A DNA stretch of 64,000 nucleotides from an uncultured Synergistota bacterium (GTDB lineage: Bacteria > Synergistota > JAGHAJ01): the NCBI GenBank assembly GCA_964559865.1, contig CAZLJD010000041.1, positions 10,343 through 74,342 on the forward strand, given 5' to 3'. Each line of letters starts with the position of its first letter. Within the stretch, counting starts at the first letter, position 1. Made by a program: the position numbers and the translations under genes. The notes below the pieces were generated by a model. The model was not told the origin of the DNA and ran no database searches. It saw only the letters and a program-made list of their open reading frames with translations. Positions 38,304-49,142 of the stretch are shown one piece after another.

Positions 38304-40354
38304 AGGTCAAACCTACCCTTCCACCTATTTTTAATCTCCGAAAGCATTGAGGGATAGTCGAAGAGTTTATCCCCATAGTTTACGAGTGCTGCTGCTTCCT
38401 CCCTTGCAATTTTCAGTATATCTATATCTCTAAGAACATCTGCTATTCTCAAATCCGGCATCCCGTGTTGTTTCAAACCGTATACCTCACCCGGTCCTCT
38501 TATCTTAAGGTCTATCTCAGAGAGCTTAAATCCATTGCTAATCTCCACGAGTGCCCTTAACCGTTTTTTTGCCTCTTCGGTTTTCGGATCAGATATCAAG
38601 ACACAATAAGATTCATGTTTACCTCTGCCTACCCTTCCTCTGAGCTGGTGTAGTTGAGAGATACCAAACCTCTCAGCATTTTCTACAACCATTACAGTCG
38701 CATTAGGAACATCTACACCAACCTCTATAACCTGTGTAGCAACTAAAATGTCTATCTTACCATCTCTAAAACTTCTCATCACAAGCTCTTTATCCCTGCT
38801 CTTCATATCTCCGTGAAGCAGTCCAACACGCAGCTCAGGGAACACATCTTCTTTCAAATATTCATACATGGACACCGCTGGCTGCACATCAAGAACTTCG
38901 GACTCCTCTATAATAGGACAAACAACGTAGATCTGGTGTCCCAGATCCACTTCTTTCCTGATAAACTCGTAAAGCCTATCTCTACTCGACTCACTTATCC
39001 AGTATGTCTTAACAGGCTTTCTTCCAGGAGGCATCTGGTCAATTATAGAGACATCAAGGTCACCATAAAGGGTGAGCGTCAATGTTCTCGGTATAGGGGT
39101 AGCCGTCATAACTAAAAGATGAGGTGCCCTGCCCTTGCTCACAAGTTTAACCCTCTGAGCTACCCCAAATCTGTGTTGTTCGTCTATAACCACCAGTCCC
39201 AAGTTCTTAAACTCTACTCTATCCTGTATAAGGCTGTGAGTACCTATGACAAGGTCTATATCCCCATCGCGCAAACCCCTGCAGACATCTTCTTGTTCCC
39301 CTTTGGAAAGCTTGCTACCCAGAAATGCCACCCTCATCCCTACATGAGAAAACATATCCTTCACGGAGAGGTAGTGCTGTTCTGCCAATATCTCTGTGGG
39401 AGCCATCATCGCACCTTGATAACCGTTATGCCACGCAACAATTAAGGCAAGCACTGCCACCACTGTCTTACCGGAACCAACATCACCCTGCAACAATCTA
39501 TACATAGGAAAACCAGAGGAAAGGTCCTTGAAAATCTCGTTCAACACCCTCCTCTGTGCAGAAGTCAGTTCAAACGGTAGCAGGCCCAACAATCTTTTTA
39601 TCTCACTTTCATCTATCAAAAACCTGTAACCCTTGTGCTTATCTCTATAGTTCTTTCTTCTGATGCTAAGCGCTACCTGTAGCAAAAACAGTTCTTCAAA
39701 TATCAACCTTTTCCTTGCCCTCTGGAGCTCATCGAAGCTGCTGGGGAAGTGCATGCTCCTAACAGCCTTCCCCCTACCCATAAGGTTATACTTACTTAAA
39801 AGATAATCAGGTAGAACCTCTGGAAGTTGGTCTATACACTCTTCAATAACAGTCCACAGAAACTTTCTCATCTGTTTCTGTCTGAGCTTACCGGCTAACG
39901 GGTAAACAGGGACTATCCTGCCCATGTTAATATCCAGAAGTTCGCTTGCACCCAGAACTTCAAACTCTGGAGATACCATATTCAACTCTCCAAACTTATA
40001 CTCTACCTTGCCATAGAAGACTCCCTTTACTCCCCGTCTGAGTACATCTTTTATGTACCTTTGATTAAACCACACGGCTACAAAGAAATTACCATTTTCA
40101 TCCCTCAGGCGAGCCTTTATAACATTCATGTTTCTCCTAACCTCTGTGCTTTCCACTGCCATAACTTCCGCTATAACTGAACCCTTTTCACCTATCTTTA
40201 CTGCAGTAACCGGAGTTATACTCCTCCTATCCTCATACCTATTAGGAAACAGGAATAGCAGGTCCTCCACAGTATAAACAGAGAGTTTCGAGAAGTCTTT
40301 GGCCCTTTTTGGACCAACTCCCTTGATGTATTGAATAGAGGTGCTAAGCTCCAA
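38288..40354 (-). CDS. recG: ATP-dependent DNA helicase RecG
   Basis: Wedge domain, Walker A GDVGSGKT, DEQHRFG, 688 aa. Confidence 0.95.
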   Translation of the reverse strand: MELSTSIQYIKGVGPKRAKDFSKLSVYTVEDLLFLFPNRYEDRRSITPVTAVKIGEKGSVIAEVMAVESTEVRRNMNVIKARLRDENGNFFVAVWFNQRYIKDVLRRGVKGVFYGKVEYKFGELNMVSPEFEVLGASELLDINMGRIVPVYPLAGKLRQKQMRKFLWTVIEECIDQLPEVLPDYLLSKYNLMGRGKAVRSMHFPSSFDELQRARKRLIFEELFLLQVALSIRRKNYRDKHKGYRFLIDESEIKRLLGLLPFELTSAQRRVLNEIFKDLSSGFPMYRLLQGDVGSGKTVVAVLALIVAWHNGYQGAMMAPTEILAEQHYLSVKDMFSHVGMRVAFLGSKLSKGEQEDVCRGLRDGDIDLVIGTHSLIQDRVEFKNLGLVVIDEQHRFGVAQRVKLVSKGRAPHLLVMTATPIPRTLTLTLYGDLDVSIIDQMPPGRKPVKTYWISESSRDRLYEFIRKEVDLGHQIYVVCPIIEESEVLDVQPAVSMYEYLKEDVFPELRVGLLHGDMKSRDKELVMRSFRDGKIDILVATQVIEVGVDVPNATVMVVENAERFGISQLHQLRGRVGRGKHESYCVLISDPKTEEAKKRLRALVEISNGFKLSEIDLKIRGPGEVYGLKQHGMPDLRIADVLRDIDILKIAREEAAALVNYGDKLFDYPSMLSEIKNRWKGRFDLWAGA

Positions 40355-40682
40355 CTATATCATCTACTCCTTTTCTCTTCAATGACTCCTTTACCTCTTC
40401 TATCTTTTTCCCCCATACAAGAACAGTCTTGTCCTTGGATCTTTCTCCCTGAATAATCATAACCCTGTCCGAGGGTACATCCAACATCCTTCCAAGGAAG
40501 GAGACTATCGCCTCATTTGCCTTGCCTCTTATAGGAGGAGCTGCAACTTTCAGCTTTAGCGCATCTCCATATACACCAACTATCTCGTCCTTATTTGCCT
40601 TTGGAACTACCCTTACCTTGAATATGACACCTCGCTGATCACTTCTCAGTAGAACCGACATCCAATACCCCCTTATTATCAT
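40344..40682 (-). CDS. DUF167 (YggU) family protein
   Basis: LKVAAPPIRGKANEAIVSFLGRMLDVP motif; adjacent to a yggT homologue. Confidence 0.7.
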   Translation of the reverse strand: MIIRGYWMSVLLRSDQRGVIFKVRVVPKANKDEIVGVYGDALKLKVAAPPIRGKANEAIVSFLGRMLDVPSDRVMIIQGERSKDKTVLVWGKKIEEVKESLKRKGVDDIVGA

Positions 40683-41103
40683 CTTCTATCAGCCTCAAAT
40701 AGCTTTCAAGCAATGTCTTGAATTCAAGGAAAAAACGCATCCTTGCACGCTTGATACCCTCGAGGTCCTCTTTAAGCCTCTGAGCCTCCTTGTAAGCCTC
40801 TTCTATCAGCTTATCCGCTTTGAGCTTTGCTTCCTTAATTATAAGATCTGCCTCTCTCTGCGCCACCTTTATCTTCTCTTCAGCACTACTCCGTGCCATC
40901 TCTAACTCCTTTTTCGCATCTTCCTCTTTCTTTTTATACTCCGCAAGCTCCACCTTCAACCTCTCGTTCTCCTTGGAAAGCTCTTCAATTTCATTTGCCA
41001 CCATCTCCAAGAATTCATCTACTTCATCTACATCATAACCTCTGAACGAACGGCTAAATTCTTGATTATGAATATCAAGTGGGGTTATTCCCACAACCAA
41101 CAC
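40639..41103 (-). CDS. divIVA: DivIVA-domain cell-division protein
   Basis: N-terminal ITPLDIHNQEFSRSFRGYDVDEVDEFL followed by a coiled coil. Confidence 0.85.
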   Translation of the reverse strand: MLVVGITPLDIHNQEFSRSFRGYDVDEVDEFLEMVANEIEELSKENERLKVELAEYKKKEEDAKKELEMARSSAEEKIKVAQREADLIIKEAKLKADKLIEEAYKEAQRLKEDLEGIKRARMRFFLEFKTLLESYLRLIEDDNKGVLDVGSTEK

Positions 41104-41106
41104 CCC

Positions 41107-41385
41107 CTAAAACAACAATGTGCGAAAGATACTGTCCACCAAATAAGAGATCAACCAAAGCACAATCAACGCTATGAGAGGAGCAAGGTCTATCCCAAAA
41201 TTACCAATAGGGATAACCAACCTCACCCTCCTAAAAAACGGCTCAGTAACCCTATAAATCCATGCAGAGAAGGGGTTAGAAAAAGGTGGTATCCTCAATA
41301 AATCCAAGATAACCCTTATTATGATTATCCACTCATAAATCATAATAAGTAAAGTTATTACCCTATAAATAGTATACAACAGCAA
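41107..41385 (-). CDS. YggT-family membrane protein
   Basis: 92 aa, two TM helices, typical YggT motifs. Confidence 0.8.
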   Translation of the reverse strand: MLLYTIYRVITLLIMIYEWIIIIRVILDLLRIPPFSNPFSAWIYRVTEPFFRRVRLVIPIGNFGIDLAPLIALIVLWLISYLVDSIFRTLLF

Positions 41386-41805
41386 TCACTCCTTCTTTTC
41401 CGCATCTCTTCTGACATCCCTTACAAGTATTCCCCGAGGCGAAAACATATAAACACGCCTATCTATCTTTGTGATACTACCACCCAAACCGTATGTAACA
41501 CCACTAATAAAATCCAGCACCTCTTTGGCCTTGGAGTCAGGTAGCATGCGAAAATCCACAATAACGGCATTACCACCTTTCAGTAAGTCAGCCATCTCCT
41601 TTGCCGGCTCAGGAGAAACAGGCCTAAATATGTGTACAGAAAAGGCATATCCCATTGCCGAACCATCTTCATCCACCTCTCCAAGGAGCCTTGCCCTCCT
41701 ATCTGCAGAAGAAGGAGAAGGATTCCTCCTCCACCTTCTATCCTCTACAAAGTCTGTCCATCCTATTGTGGATAGGAACTTCCTCCACACGTTATCAGTA
41801 GCCAA
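41386..41805 (-). CDS. sepF: Cell division protein SepF
   Basis: VIVDFRMLPDSKAKEVLDFISGVTYGLGGSITKI motif. Confidence 0.85.
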   Translation of the reverse strand: MATDNVWRKFLSTIGWTDFVEDRRWRRNPSPSSADRRARLLGEVDEDGSAMGYAFSVHIFRPVSPEPAKEMADLLKGGNAVIVDFRMLPDSKAKEVLDFISGVTYGLGGSITKIDRRVYMFSPRGILVRDVRRDAEKKE

Positions 41806-42736
41806 TCCACATACCCTCTCTCACCGAAGTAGGGTTTGAAACTATTAGTAGCTTCTCTTTTACATTCGTTGCAAGAAACTTCTTGGTGTTTATCCATTCC
41901 CCTTCAACAGGGTAAAACTGTGCTATTCCTTTGTTAGCTATCATAATACCCCTTATACCCTTTTTTATTATAACAGCAGAGGCAGGCAACACAACACCCT
42001 TTTTTCTCTTTACAACTACATCCACATGTGTCCAATGCCTCTTAAAGTTCCTCTTCTCATCAAATATAAAAAACCACAGCAACATAGATACCCTGTCCTG
42101 ATGGAGAGAAAGGTAATCTATAAACCCCCTATTACTGTATCCACCAAAATCCAAGAAATCCACACGAACATACCGACTGCCCCTCCACCTGGGATTAAAA
42201 AAACACTTCGGAAGTGAAAAGTACAGGTAAAAACCATAACCATACACCAGCATACCTATAGTTCCACCTTTCTTTACCCACATTCCCTCCTTTATATGTA
42301 CAATCCCTTCTTTTATTCTGTTATCCCAAATCTTTTGCAGACTAACGGCTATCTCAGAAACACGAGCAGAAGGGTTAACCCACCTGTTCCACCTATCGTA
42401 GAAAGGCAAAAAAAGCCCAGCATAAGTAGCTCTTACATAGACACGCTTACCCAACGGTGTACTTATGACACCAACTTTCTCCCCCTTTCTCACTCTGTCG
42501 TATTTTCTCAGATAAAAGACCTTACCAGATACGGGTGAAAACAGTTCTTTATACCTCCAGTATATTATTGCATCACTTCTAACCTTTATGCTAACATTCT
42601 CCTTTTTAGCAACAATGAGGGAAGGCATGGCACCGTAATACCTTCCCTCTACATACACAGAAACCAACCAACTAAGGGCTATAGAGATACACACAGAAAA
42701 AAGCAATATAACCCAATTTCTTACACTCAGTCGCAT
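41795..42736 (-). CDS. Hypothetical N-terminally membrane-anchored protein with a lipoyl/barrel-sandwich-like segment
   Basis: One TM helix then SGKVFYLRKYDRVRKGEKVGVI (hybrid-motif-like). No confident family assignment. Confidence 0.4.
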   Translation of the reverse strand: MRLSVRNWVILLFSVCISIALSWLVSVYVEGRYYGAMPSLIVAKKENVSIKVRSDAIIYWRYKELFSPVSGKVFYLRKYDRVRKGEKVGVISTPLGKRVYVRATYAGLFLPFYDRWNRWVNPSARVSEIAVSLQKIWDNRIKEGIVHIKEGMWVKKGGTIGMLVYGYGFYLYFSLPKCFFNPRWRGSRYVRVDFLDFGGYSNRGFIDYLSLHQDRVSMLLWFFIFDEKRNFKRHWTHVDVVVKRKKGVVLPASAVIIKKGIRGIMIANKGIAQFYPVEGEWINTKKFLATNVKEKLLIVSNPTSVREGMWIGY

Positions 42737-44931
42737 TTAGAATAGCCACAAACGGGGCAGGTCACACACCCTTCCATATGTTGCAATACAGCACCACACT
42801 TTGGACACAACTCCACTTCTACCTGTTCTACCTTTGCTTTGAGCAGTCTTTCCAATCCTTTAGCAATGGCGTCCGGTATAGAAAGCACTATTTCGCCATG
42901 ACTGTACGTAGGCTGACTCCCTCCTATCCCCTTCAACTGGTTTATAACCTCCTCCATCGGTATCCCACTACGTAATGCAAGCGATATGAGACGACCTATT
43001 GCCTCAGTATCAGCCATTGTGTCTTTGCCAGACTTACCAAGCGTTGCAAACACCTCAAAGGGTTTGCCATCAAGCTCATTTAGTGTAAGATACAGATTCC
43101 CAAACGCCGTCTTCAACTTCTGCGTCCTTCCGCTAAGTATAAACGGCCTTCTTTTAGGTCTGGGTAAACCATTGGTATGTTTCTCCTCCTCACCACCTTT
43201 TACACCCACATAAAGAACCTGCTCCTGCTTGCTCCTATCCCTGTAAATTGTTATACCCTTACATCCCAACTTCCAAGCAAGTATGTAAGCATCTGCTACA
43301 TCCGAAACACTGGCAGTATGGGGCATGTTTATCGTTTTGGATACTGCATTTTCCACATACTTCTGAAATGCCGCCTGCATCTTAACATGCCACTCAGGTG
43401 CAATATCGTGAGAGACAACAAACACCCTCTTGACATCTTCCGGAACCCCATTTATCTCCTGGATAGAACCACGCTCAAGCACAGCACTCTTAAAATCCTC
43501 ACTCCAAAAACCACTCTCCTTGGCTATCCTTTCCAGCTGCTTATTAAAGTCCACAAGCGTTATCTCATTTTTTTCTCCTTTTAGTGCCTTTCTTCTATAC
43601 GCGAGCGCAAACACAGGCTCTATGCCACTGGAGGTACCTGCTATAAGGCTTATGGTACCAGTTGGAGCTATCGTTGTAACACCTGCATTCCTCATCGTTG
43701 TACCTTTCCATATACTCCTATCTATATAAGGAAAAGCACCCCTCTGCTCACCAAGTTCTCTCGAAGCCTCACGTGCTGTATCATTGATAAACTTCATAAC
43801 TTTTTCAGCAAGCTCCAAAGCTTCGCTTGAATCATAAGGTACACCAAGTTCATACAGCATCTCGGCCCATCCCATAACCCCCAACCCCACATTTCTGGTA
43901 CCCTTCGTCATCTCCTCTATCTGCTTCAAAGGAAACTTATTCACATCTATCACATTGTCCAAAAACCTTATAGAGAGTGTAACCGTCCCAGCCAGCTTAT
44001 CCCAATCTACCTTCCCATTTGCTACCATATGCAGTAAATTTATGCTACCAAGATTGCAAGAACCAAATGGGTGAAGTACCTGTTCTCCGCACGGGTTTGT
44101 ACTCTCTATTGGGCCAAGTCCTGGAAGGGTATTTGCTCTATTTATAGTATCTAAAAACACCATCCCAGGATCACCTGTCTTCCACGCTTGATTAACTATT
44201 TTGTCGAACAGTTCCTTCGCCTTGCACTTCCTAACCACTTCCCCAGTACGAGGATTGAGGATTTCATATTCCCCGTCGTCTAAAACCTTCTGCATGAAAT
44301 CGTCAAACGCACCAACAGAGATATTAAAATTCTTAAGCCTCTTATTCTCCTCTGACTTTGCCATAATAAACTCCTCTATATCAGGGTGGTTTACATTCAA
44401 GATGCCCATATTTGCACCCCTTCTCATGCCACCCTGCTGAACCACCTCTGTAGTAATATCAAACACTTCCATAAATGATACCGGCCCAGAGGCAACCCCA
44501 TTAGTGGAGGACACAACATCCCCTTTGGGTCTCAAACGAGAGAAGTTAAAACCTGTTCCTCCACCACTCTTGTGCACCATAGCTGTCCACTTCACAGCAT
44601 CAAATATCTCCTCCATGCTATCACCTACGGGCAAAACAAAACATGCAGCCAGTTGTCCAAGTTTCCTCTTTGCATTCATCAATGTGGGACTATTGGGAAG
44701 AAAATCCAAAGATGCCATAAGATTGTAAAATCTTAGCTCCCACTCACTTACCTCTCTATCAGATGCACCATAAAGTTTTTCAGCACTTGCAACAAGTTCA
44801 GAGACCCTCCTTAGCATATCCTCAGGTGTCTCTATAACATTTCCATCTTCATCTCTCTTTAAGTATCTCCTCTCCAGTATTGCAAGTGCATTCTCCGTAA
44901 ACTCTGGTTTTATTCTCTCCATAACCTTCAT
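42727..44931 (-). CDS. nrdJ: Class II (adenosylcobalamin-dependent) ribonucleoside-diphosphate reductase
   Basis: SGGGTGFNFSRLRP, CGEQ and NLGSINL motifs, plus a C-terminal CxxC...CxxC tail. Confidence 0.9.
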   Translation of the reverse strand: MKVMERIKPEFTENALAILERRYLKRDEDGNVIETPEDMLRRVSELVASAEKLYGASDREVSEWELRFYNLMASLDFLPNSPTLMNAKRKLGQLAACFVLPVGDSMEEIFDAVKWTAMVHKSGGGTGFNFSRLRPKGDVVSSTNGVASGPVSFMEVFDITTEVVQQGGMRRGANMGILNVNHPDIEEFIMAKSEENKRLKNFNISVGAFDDFMQKVLDDGEYEILNPRTGEVVRKCKAKELFDKIVNQAWKTGDPGMVFLDTINRANTLPGLGPIESTNPCGEQVLHPFGSCNLGSINLLHMVANGKVDWDKLAGTVTLSIRFLDNVIDVNKFPLKQIEEMTKGTRNVGLGVMGWAEMLYELGVPYDSSEALELAEKVMKFINDTAREASRELGEQRGAFPYIDRSIWKGTTMRNAGVTTIAPTGTISLIAGTSSGIEPVFALAYRRKALKGEKNEITLVDFNKQLERIAKESGFWSEDFKSAVLERGSIQEINGVPEDVKRVFVVSHDIAPEWHVKMQAAFQKYVENAVSKTINMPHTASVSDVADAYILAWKLGCKGITIYRDRSKQEQVLYVGVKGGEEEKHTNGLPRPKRRPFILSGRTQKLKTAFGNLYLTLNELDGKPFEVFATLGKSGKDTMADTEAIGRLISLALRSGIPMEEVINQLKGIGGSQPTYSHGEIVLSIPDAIAKGLERLLKAKVEQVEVELCPKCGAVLQHMEGCVTCPVCGYSKCD

Positions 44932-46143
44932 TCACCCCCTAAGCTCCCCAACAGAAAGACCTATCCTCTTTATACCCTCTACTATATCACTTTCCTCAGG
45001 AAATGAAAAGCACAACCTCATTGAGTCGTGTCCTCCGTAATATGGGTAAAATCCATCACCCGGCGTAAATGCCACTTTATTCCTAATAGAAACATCGAAC
45101 AGCTCTCTTACCTCTATGTCAGGGATCGTCAACCAGAAAAACATGCCACCCTCAGGTTCGACATACTCCACACCAGAGATATACTCATCAATAGCCTCTT
45201 TCATAACAGACATCTTCCTCTTATACCTAATAGTTATCTTCTCTATATGCTCAGAAATAGAAACTTTCTTCAGATATGTGTGGAGTACAGCCTGAACCAG
45301 CGCAGATGTAGAGAGATCCATACCCTGCTTAAAGGCAATGATTTTCTCTACAACATCTCTTGGTACAACAATCCATCCTATCCTGATACCCGGTGCAAAT
45401 ATTTTTGAAAAGCTACCCAGCCTTATGATGTGTCCACTCTCAGAGTCCATAGAAAATAAAGAACGTACTCTCTTGCCACGGAATCTTAACTCTCCGTAAG
45501 GATCATCTTCTATGATAGAGAACCCATATTTGTGTGAAAGTTCCACAAGCCTGCTACGCTTCTCAGCAGACATTGTGATACCAGATGGATTCTGAAAATT
45601 CGGGATAGTATATACGAACTTTGGCTTTCTACCTCTAAGAAGCAATTTTTCAAGATAATCCACATCAATGCCATCCTTTTCCATAGGAACAGTAAGAAAG
45701 ACCGGCCTATAGGGTCTGAAAGAGGATATGGCACCTGAGTATGTCGGAGCCTCAACCACTATTTCATCTCCAGCATCTATTAGCAACCTACCAACGATAT
45801 CCATGCCCTGTTGGGCCCCTGCAGTTACAATAATCTGTTCATGAGATATGTCTAAACCCTCTCTATCCTTGTAGAACTGCACTATAAAATCTATCAAAAG
45901 ATTTAATCCTTCGGTAGCACCATACTGGAAATACTTCCACGCATCTATTGAAGAAAAAATCTCCTCCATAGATTCTTTAACCTCTTTAACGGGAAACAAA
46001 GAAGGGTCGGGCATGCCAGCAGCAAACGAAATGATATCCGGATCATCTATCACTTTAAAAAGTCTCCCTATTTCAAGCTCCTTTACAACCTTAGACGACA
46101 GAGAATACAATCTATCCCACTTTATCAAGACAATCCCTCCCAC
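44932..46143 (-). CDS. PLP-dependent aminotransferase (class I/II, LysN/2-aminoadipate-type)
   Basis: IISFAAGMPDPSLFP...SFSKIFAPGIRIGW. The true start may be the TTG at 46128, which follows a GGGAGGG RBS. Confidence 0.8.
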   Translation of the reverse strand: MGGIVLIKWDRLYSLSSKVVKELEIGRLFKVIDDPDIISFAAGMPDPSLFPVKEVKESMEEIFSSIDAWKYFQYGATEGLNLLIDFIVQFYKDREGLDISHEQIIVTAGAQQGMDIVGRLLIDAGDEIVVEAPTYSGAISSFRPYRPVFLTVPMEKDGIDVDYLEKLLLRGRKPKFVYTIPNFQNPSGITMSAEKRSRLVELSHKYGFSIIEDDPYGELRFRGKRVRSLFSMDSESGHIIRLGSFSKIFAPGIRIGWIVVPRDVVEKIIAFKQGMDLSTSALVQAVLHTYLKKVSISEHIEKITIRYKRKMSVMKEAIDEYISGVEYVEPEGGMFFWLTIPDIEVRELFDVSIRNKVAFTPGDGFYPYYGGHDSMRLCFSFPEESDIVEGIKRIGLSVGELRG

Positions 46144-46144
46144 A

Positions 46145-46178
46145 ATAATACAAATACCCCTCCCATTATCAGGAGGGG
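46145..46178 (-). terminator. Rho-independent terminator after frr
   Basis: Hairpin CCCCTCC-n8-GGAGGGG followed by a T-rich run on the minus strand. Confidence 0.55.
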
Positions 46179-46205
46179 TTTCGAAGGTTTTCTCACTCCT
46201 TGGAT

Positions 46206-46763
46206 TTAATCTTCTTCTATCTCTTTTTCTTTCTCTTCCAGTATCTCGTCCACTTTCCCTACATACTTATCGGTGAGCTCTTGAACCTTCTTAAGGTACT
46301 TGTAGTAGTCATCTTCCGATATATCCCCATTTTCCTTCATCTCTTTGAGCTTTTCGTTGGCCTCTCTCCTTATATTCCTAACATGCACCTTTCCATCTTC
46401 TGCTTTCTTCTTAACAAGCTTCACCAGTTCTTGTCTTCTTTCCTCTGTCAAAGGAGGTAGAGTTATCCTCAAAACCTTGCCATCATTCATCGGCATCAGC
46501 TTTAAGGGCGAAAGCAGTATAGCCTTCTCTATAGCCTTCAAGGAAGCCCTATCCCACGGTTGAATGAGTATGGTACTCGCATCAGGTACTGAAATAGACG
46601 CAAGTTGCTTCAACAGAGTAGGTGCCCCATAGTAATCCACTTTCAAATCTTCCACCAAGGAGGCAGATGCCCTCCCCGTTCTAATACTATCCATCTCTTT
46701 TTTCACAGACTTTATAGCCGATTCCATCTCTTTCTCAATCTCTTTAAACAGTCCCTCAAGCAT
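46206..46763 (-). CDS. frr: Ribosome recycling factor
   Basis: 185 aa, typical RRF sequence. Confidence 0.95.
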   Translation of the reverse strand: MLEGLFKEIEKEMESAIKSVKKEMDSIRTGRASASLVEDLKVDYYGAPTLLKQLASISVPDASTILIQPWDRASLKAIEKAILLSPLKLMPMNDGKVLRITLPPLTEERRQELVKLVKKKAEDGKVHVRNIRREANEKLKEMKENGDISEDDYYKYLKKVQELTDKYVGKVDEILEEKEKEIEED

Positions 46764-46786
46764 TAGGCGTCCCCTCCCCGCATGGA

Positions 46787-47500
46787 TTATTTAACACAGG
46801 TGCCAACCTTTTCTCCTCTAACTATCCTGAGTAAAGCAGTATCATCATTTATGTTAAACACTATTATGGGTATCTTGTTATCCATACACAGCGATATAGC
46901 AGCAGAGTCCATCACTTTGAGTCCCATGTTAAGGACATCAAGGTATGTTATTGTATCAAATTTAACCGCATTTGCATCTACCATAGGGTCAGCACTATAC
47001 ACACCATCCACCTTAGTGGCCTTAAGCACAGCTTCAGCACCTATTTCAGCAGCTCTCAGTGCGGCAGTGGTATCGGTAGAGAAAAAGGGATTTCCAGTTC
47101 CTGCAGCGAATATTACAACTCTCCCCTTTTCTAAATGTCGCAGAGCCTTCCTCCTAATGAAAGGCTCTGCGACGGCTCTCATTTCTATAGCCGTTTGCAC
47201 TCTCGTAACTACTCCCATCTTTTCAAGGAAATCTTGTAGTGCAAGTGCGTTTATGACCGTCGCTAACATGCCCATATAGTCAGCCGTTGCTCTATCCATT
47301 CCTCTCGCACTTCCAGACACACCTCTAAAGATATTTCCTCCGCCCACTACCACTGCAACATCTATACTTTCTTCCCGAAGCATTCTTATCTGATGGGATA
47401 TCCTCCTCATCTCATCTGGATCTATTCCAAACCTCTGTTTACCTGCAAGGACCTCTCCACTCAGCTTTAGAAGTATTCTACGAAACCTCAAATCTGACAC
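46787..47500 (-). CDS. pyrH: UMP kinase
   Basis: RILLKLSGE...VVVGGGN motifs. Confidence 0.95.
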   Translation of the reverse strand: MSDLRFRRILLKLSGEVLAGKQRFGIDPDEMRRISHQIRMLREESIDVAVVVGGGNIFRGVSGSARGMDRATADYMGMLATVINALALQDFLEKMGVVTRVQTAIEMRAVAEPFIRRKALRHLEKGRVVIFAAGTGNPFFSTDTTAALRAAEIGAEAVLKATKVDGVYSADPMVDANAVKFDTITYLDVLNMGLKVMDSAAISLCMDNKIPIIVFNINDDTALLRIVRGEKVGTCVK

Positions 47501-47502
47501 CT

Positions 47503-48102
47503 CTAATCACTCTCTCCGAGTTTAAACCTACTAAACCTCCTAACTACTATGTTCTCACCAAGCTTAGCAATAGCTTCATCTATCAACTCATGCACCTTTT
47601 TGTCGGGGTCCCTTATATAAGGTTGATCAAGAAGACAAAATTCCTCAAAAAACTTCTCCAACTTGCCTTCCACTATTTTATCTATAACTTTCTCTGGTTT
47701 GCCACTCGCTCTTGCCTCCTCTGCATATATCTCCTTTTCCTTTGCAAGCACATCCTCAGGGACATCCTCTCTGGAAACATAAAGAGGGGCACTCGCTGCT
47801 ATCTGCATAGCTATCTCCTTTGCAAGTGCTTGGAATTCGTCCGTTCTCGCCACAAAGTCAGTTTCACAGTTTAGTTCAAGCATAGCACCCAATTTCCCAC
47901 CAGCATGAATATAAGAGTACACTATACCTTCATTTGCAGTCCTCCCCTTTTTCTTGCTCGCTTTTGCAAGCCCTCGTTTCCTCAACAACTCTATAGCTTT
48001 TTCCTTATCTCCATCAGCGTCCTGCAACGCCTTTTTGCACTCCATAATACCTGCACCAGTAAGCTCCCTAAGTTCCTTAACCTGTGCTGCTGTTATCTGC
48101 AT
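47503..48102 (-). CDS. tsf: Elongation factor Ts (short form)
   Basis: [24 protein letters not shown] motif; 199 aa. Confidence 0.95.
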   Translation of the reverse strand: MQITAAQVKELRELTGAGIMECKKALQDADGDKEKAIELLRKRGLAKASKKKGRTANEGIVYSYIHAGGKLGAMLELNCETDFVARTDEFQALAKEIAMQIAASAPLYVSREDVPEDVLAKEKEIYAEEARASGKPEKVIDKIVEGKLEKFFEEFCLLDQPYIRDPDKKVHELIDEAIAKLGENIVVRRFSRFKLGESD

Positions 48103-48105
48103 CTA

Positions 48106-48969
48106 CTAATTACCCTCCTCTTTTTCATTTTCTGTATCATCACCTTCAGAAGTATCACCCGCTTCTTCTCTCGCTGCTACTTCCTCTAACTCTTCACTGG
48201 CAGTAACCTCTCCGGTTTCTACCTCAACCTCTCCCCCTTCTACCGCTGCAGCCTCTTCTTTTGCCTCTTCTGCCTCCCTAGCCTGCATACCTTCTCTGCC
48301 CTCCAGAACAGCACTCGCTATGACAGAGGTTATGAGTTTTATAGCCCTTATTGCATCATCATTGCCCGGTATAGGGTAATCCACAACATCCGGATCACAG
48401 TTCGTGTCAAGTATCGCTATTACGGGAATGCCCAACTTCCTTGCCTCTGCAATAGCGATTTTCTCCTTCCTTGTATCTACAACATATATCATGTCCGGGA
48501 TATCCTCCATGTCCTTCACGCCACCCAGATACTTGCGAAGTTTATCCAATTCTCTTCTGAGTTTACTAACTTCCTTTTTAGGAAGGACATCAAATGTCCC
48601 GTTGTTCTCCATCTCCTCTAACTCTTTTAACCTCTCAACTCTCTTCCTGATCGTAGAGAAGTTAGTCAACATACCACCAAGCCACCTTTGATTCACATAA
48701 AACGCACCACACCTATCTGCCTCTTCTTTGATCACTGCCTGTGCCTGCTTTTTGGTACCAACAAATATTATGGTCTTACCCTCCATCACCGAATCTCTGA
48801 CAAAGTCATAAGCACTCTTCAGAGATTTAAGTGTCTTCTGAAGGTCAATGATGTAGATACCATTTCTGTTGGTATAAATATAGGGCTTCATCTTTGGGTT
48901 CCACCTCCTTGTTTGGTGCCCAAAGTGAACCCCCGCCTCTAAAAGCTGCTTCATTGACACTATACCCAA
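48106..48969 (-). CDS. rpsB: 30S ribosomal protein S2 with long acidic C-terminal tail
   Basis: [23 protein letters not shown] motif. Start placed at TTG 48969, 6 nt after AAGGGGGAG; the ORF track extends to 49038. Confidence 0.9.
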   Translation of the reverse strand: MGIVSMKQLLEAGVHFGHQTRRWNPKMKPYIYTNRNGIYIIDLQKTLKSLKSAYDFVRDSVMEGKTIIFVGTKKQAQAVIKEEADRCGAFYVNQRWLGGMLTNFSTIRKRVERLKELEEMENNGTFDVLPKKEVSKLRRELDKLRKYLGGVKDMEDIPDMIYVVDTRKEKIAIAEARKLGIPVIAILDTNCDPDVVDYPIPGNDDAIRAIKLITSVIASAVLEGREGMQAREAEEAKEEAAAVEGGEVEVETGEVTASEELEEVAAREEAGDTSEGDDTENEKEEGN

Positions 48970-49142
48970 TAAAATCTCCCCCTTTGATTGGTTTTCCGCC
49001 TCCATCCACCTCATCTGTGGTAAAAACCCACCGGGCAACCTTTACCACATCAGCAGATGTGCGTATTCTTAAAATGCATCTTTAAGTATAACATATATAC
49101 ACACCAACTTCAAGACAACGCAACTATCAGTTCAAAGGAGAC

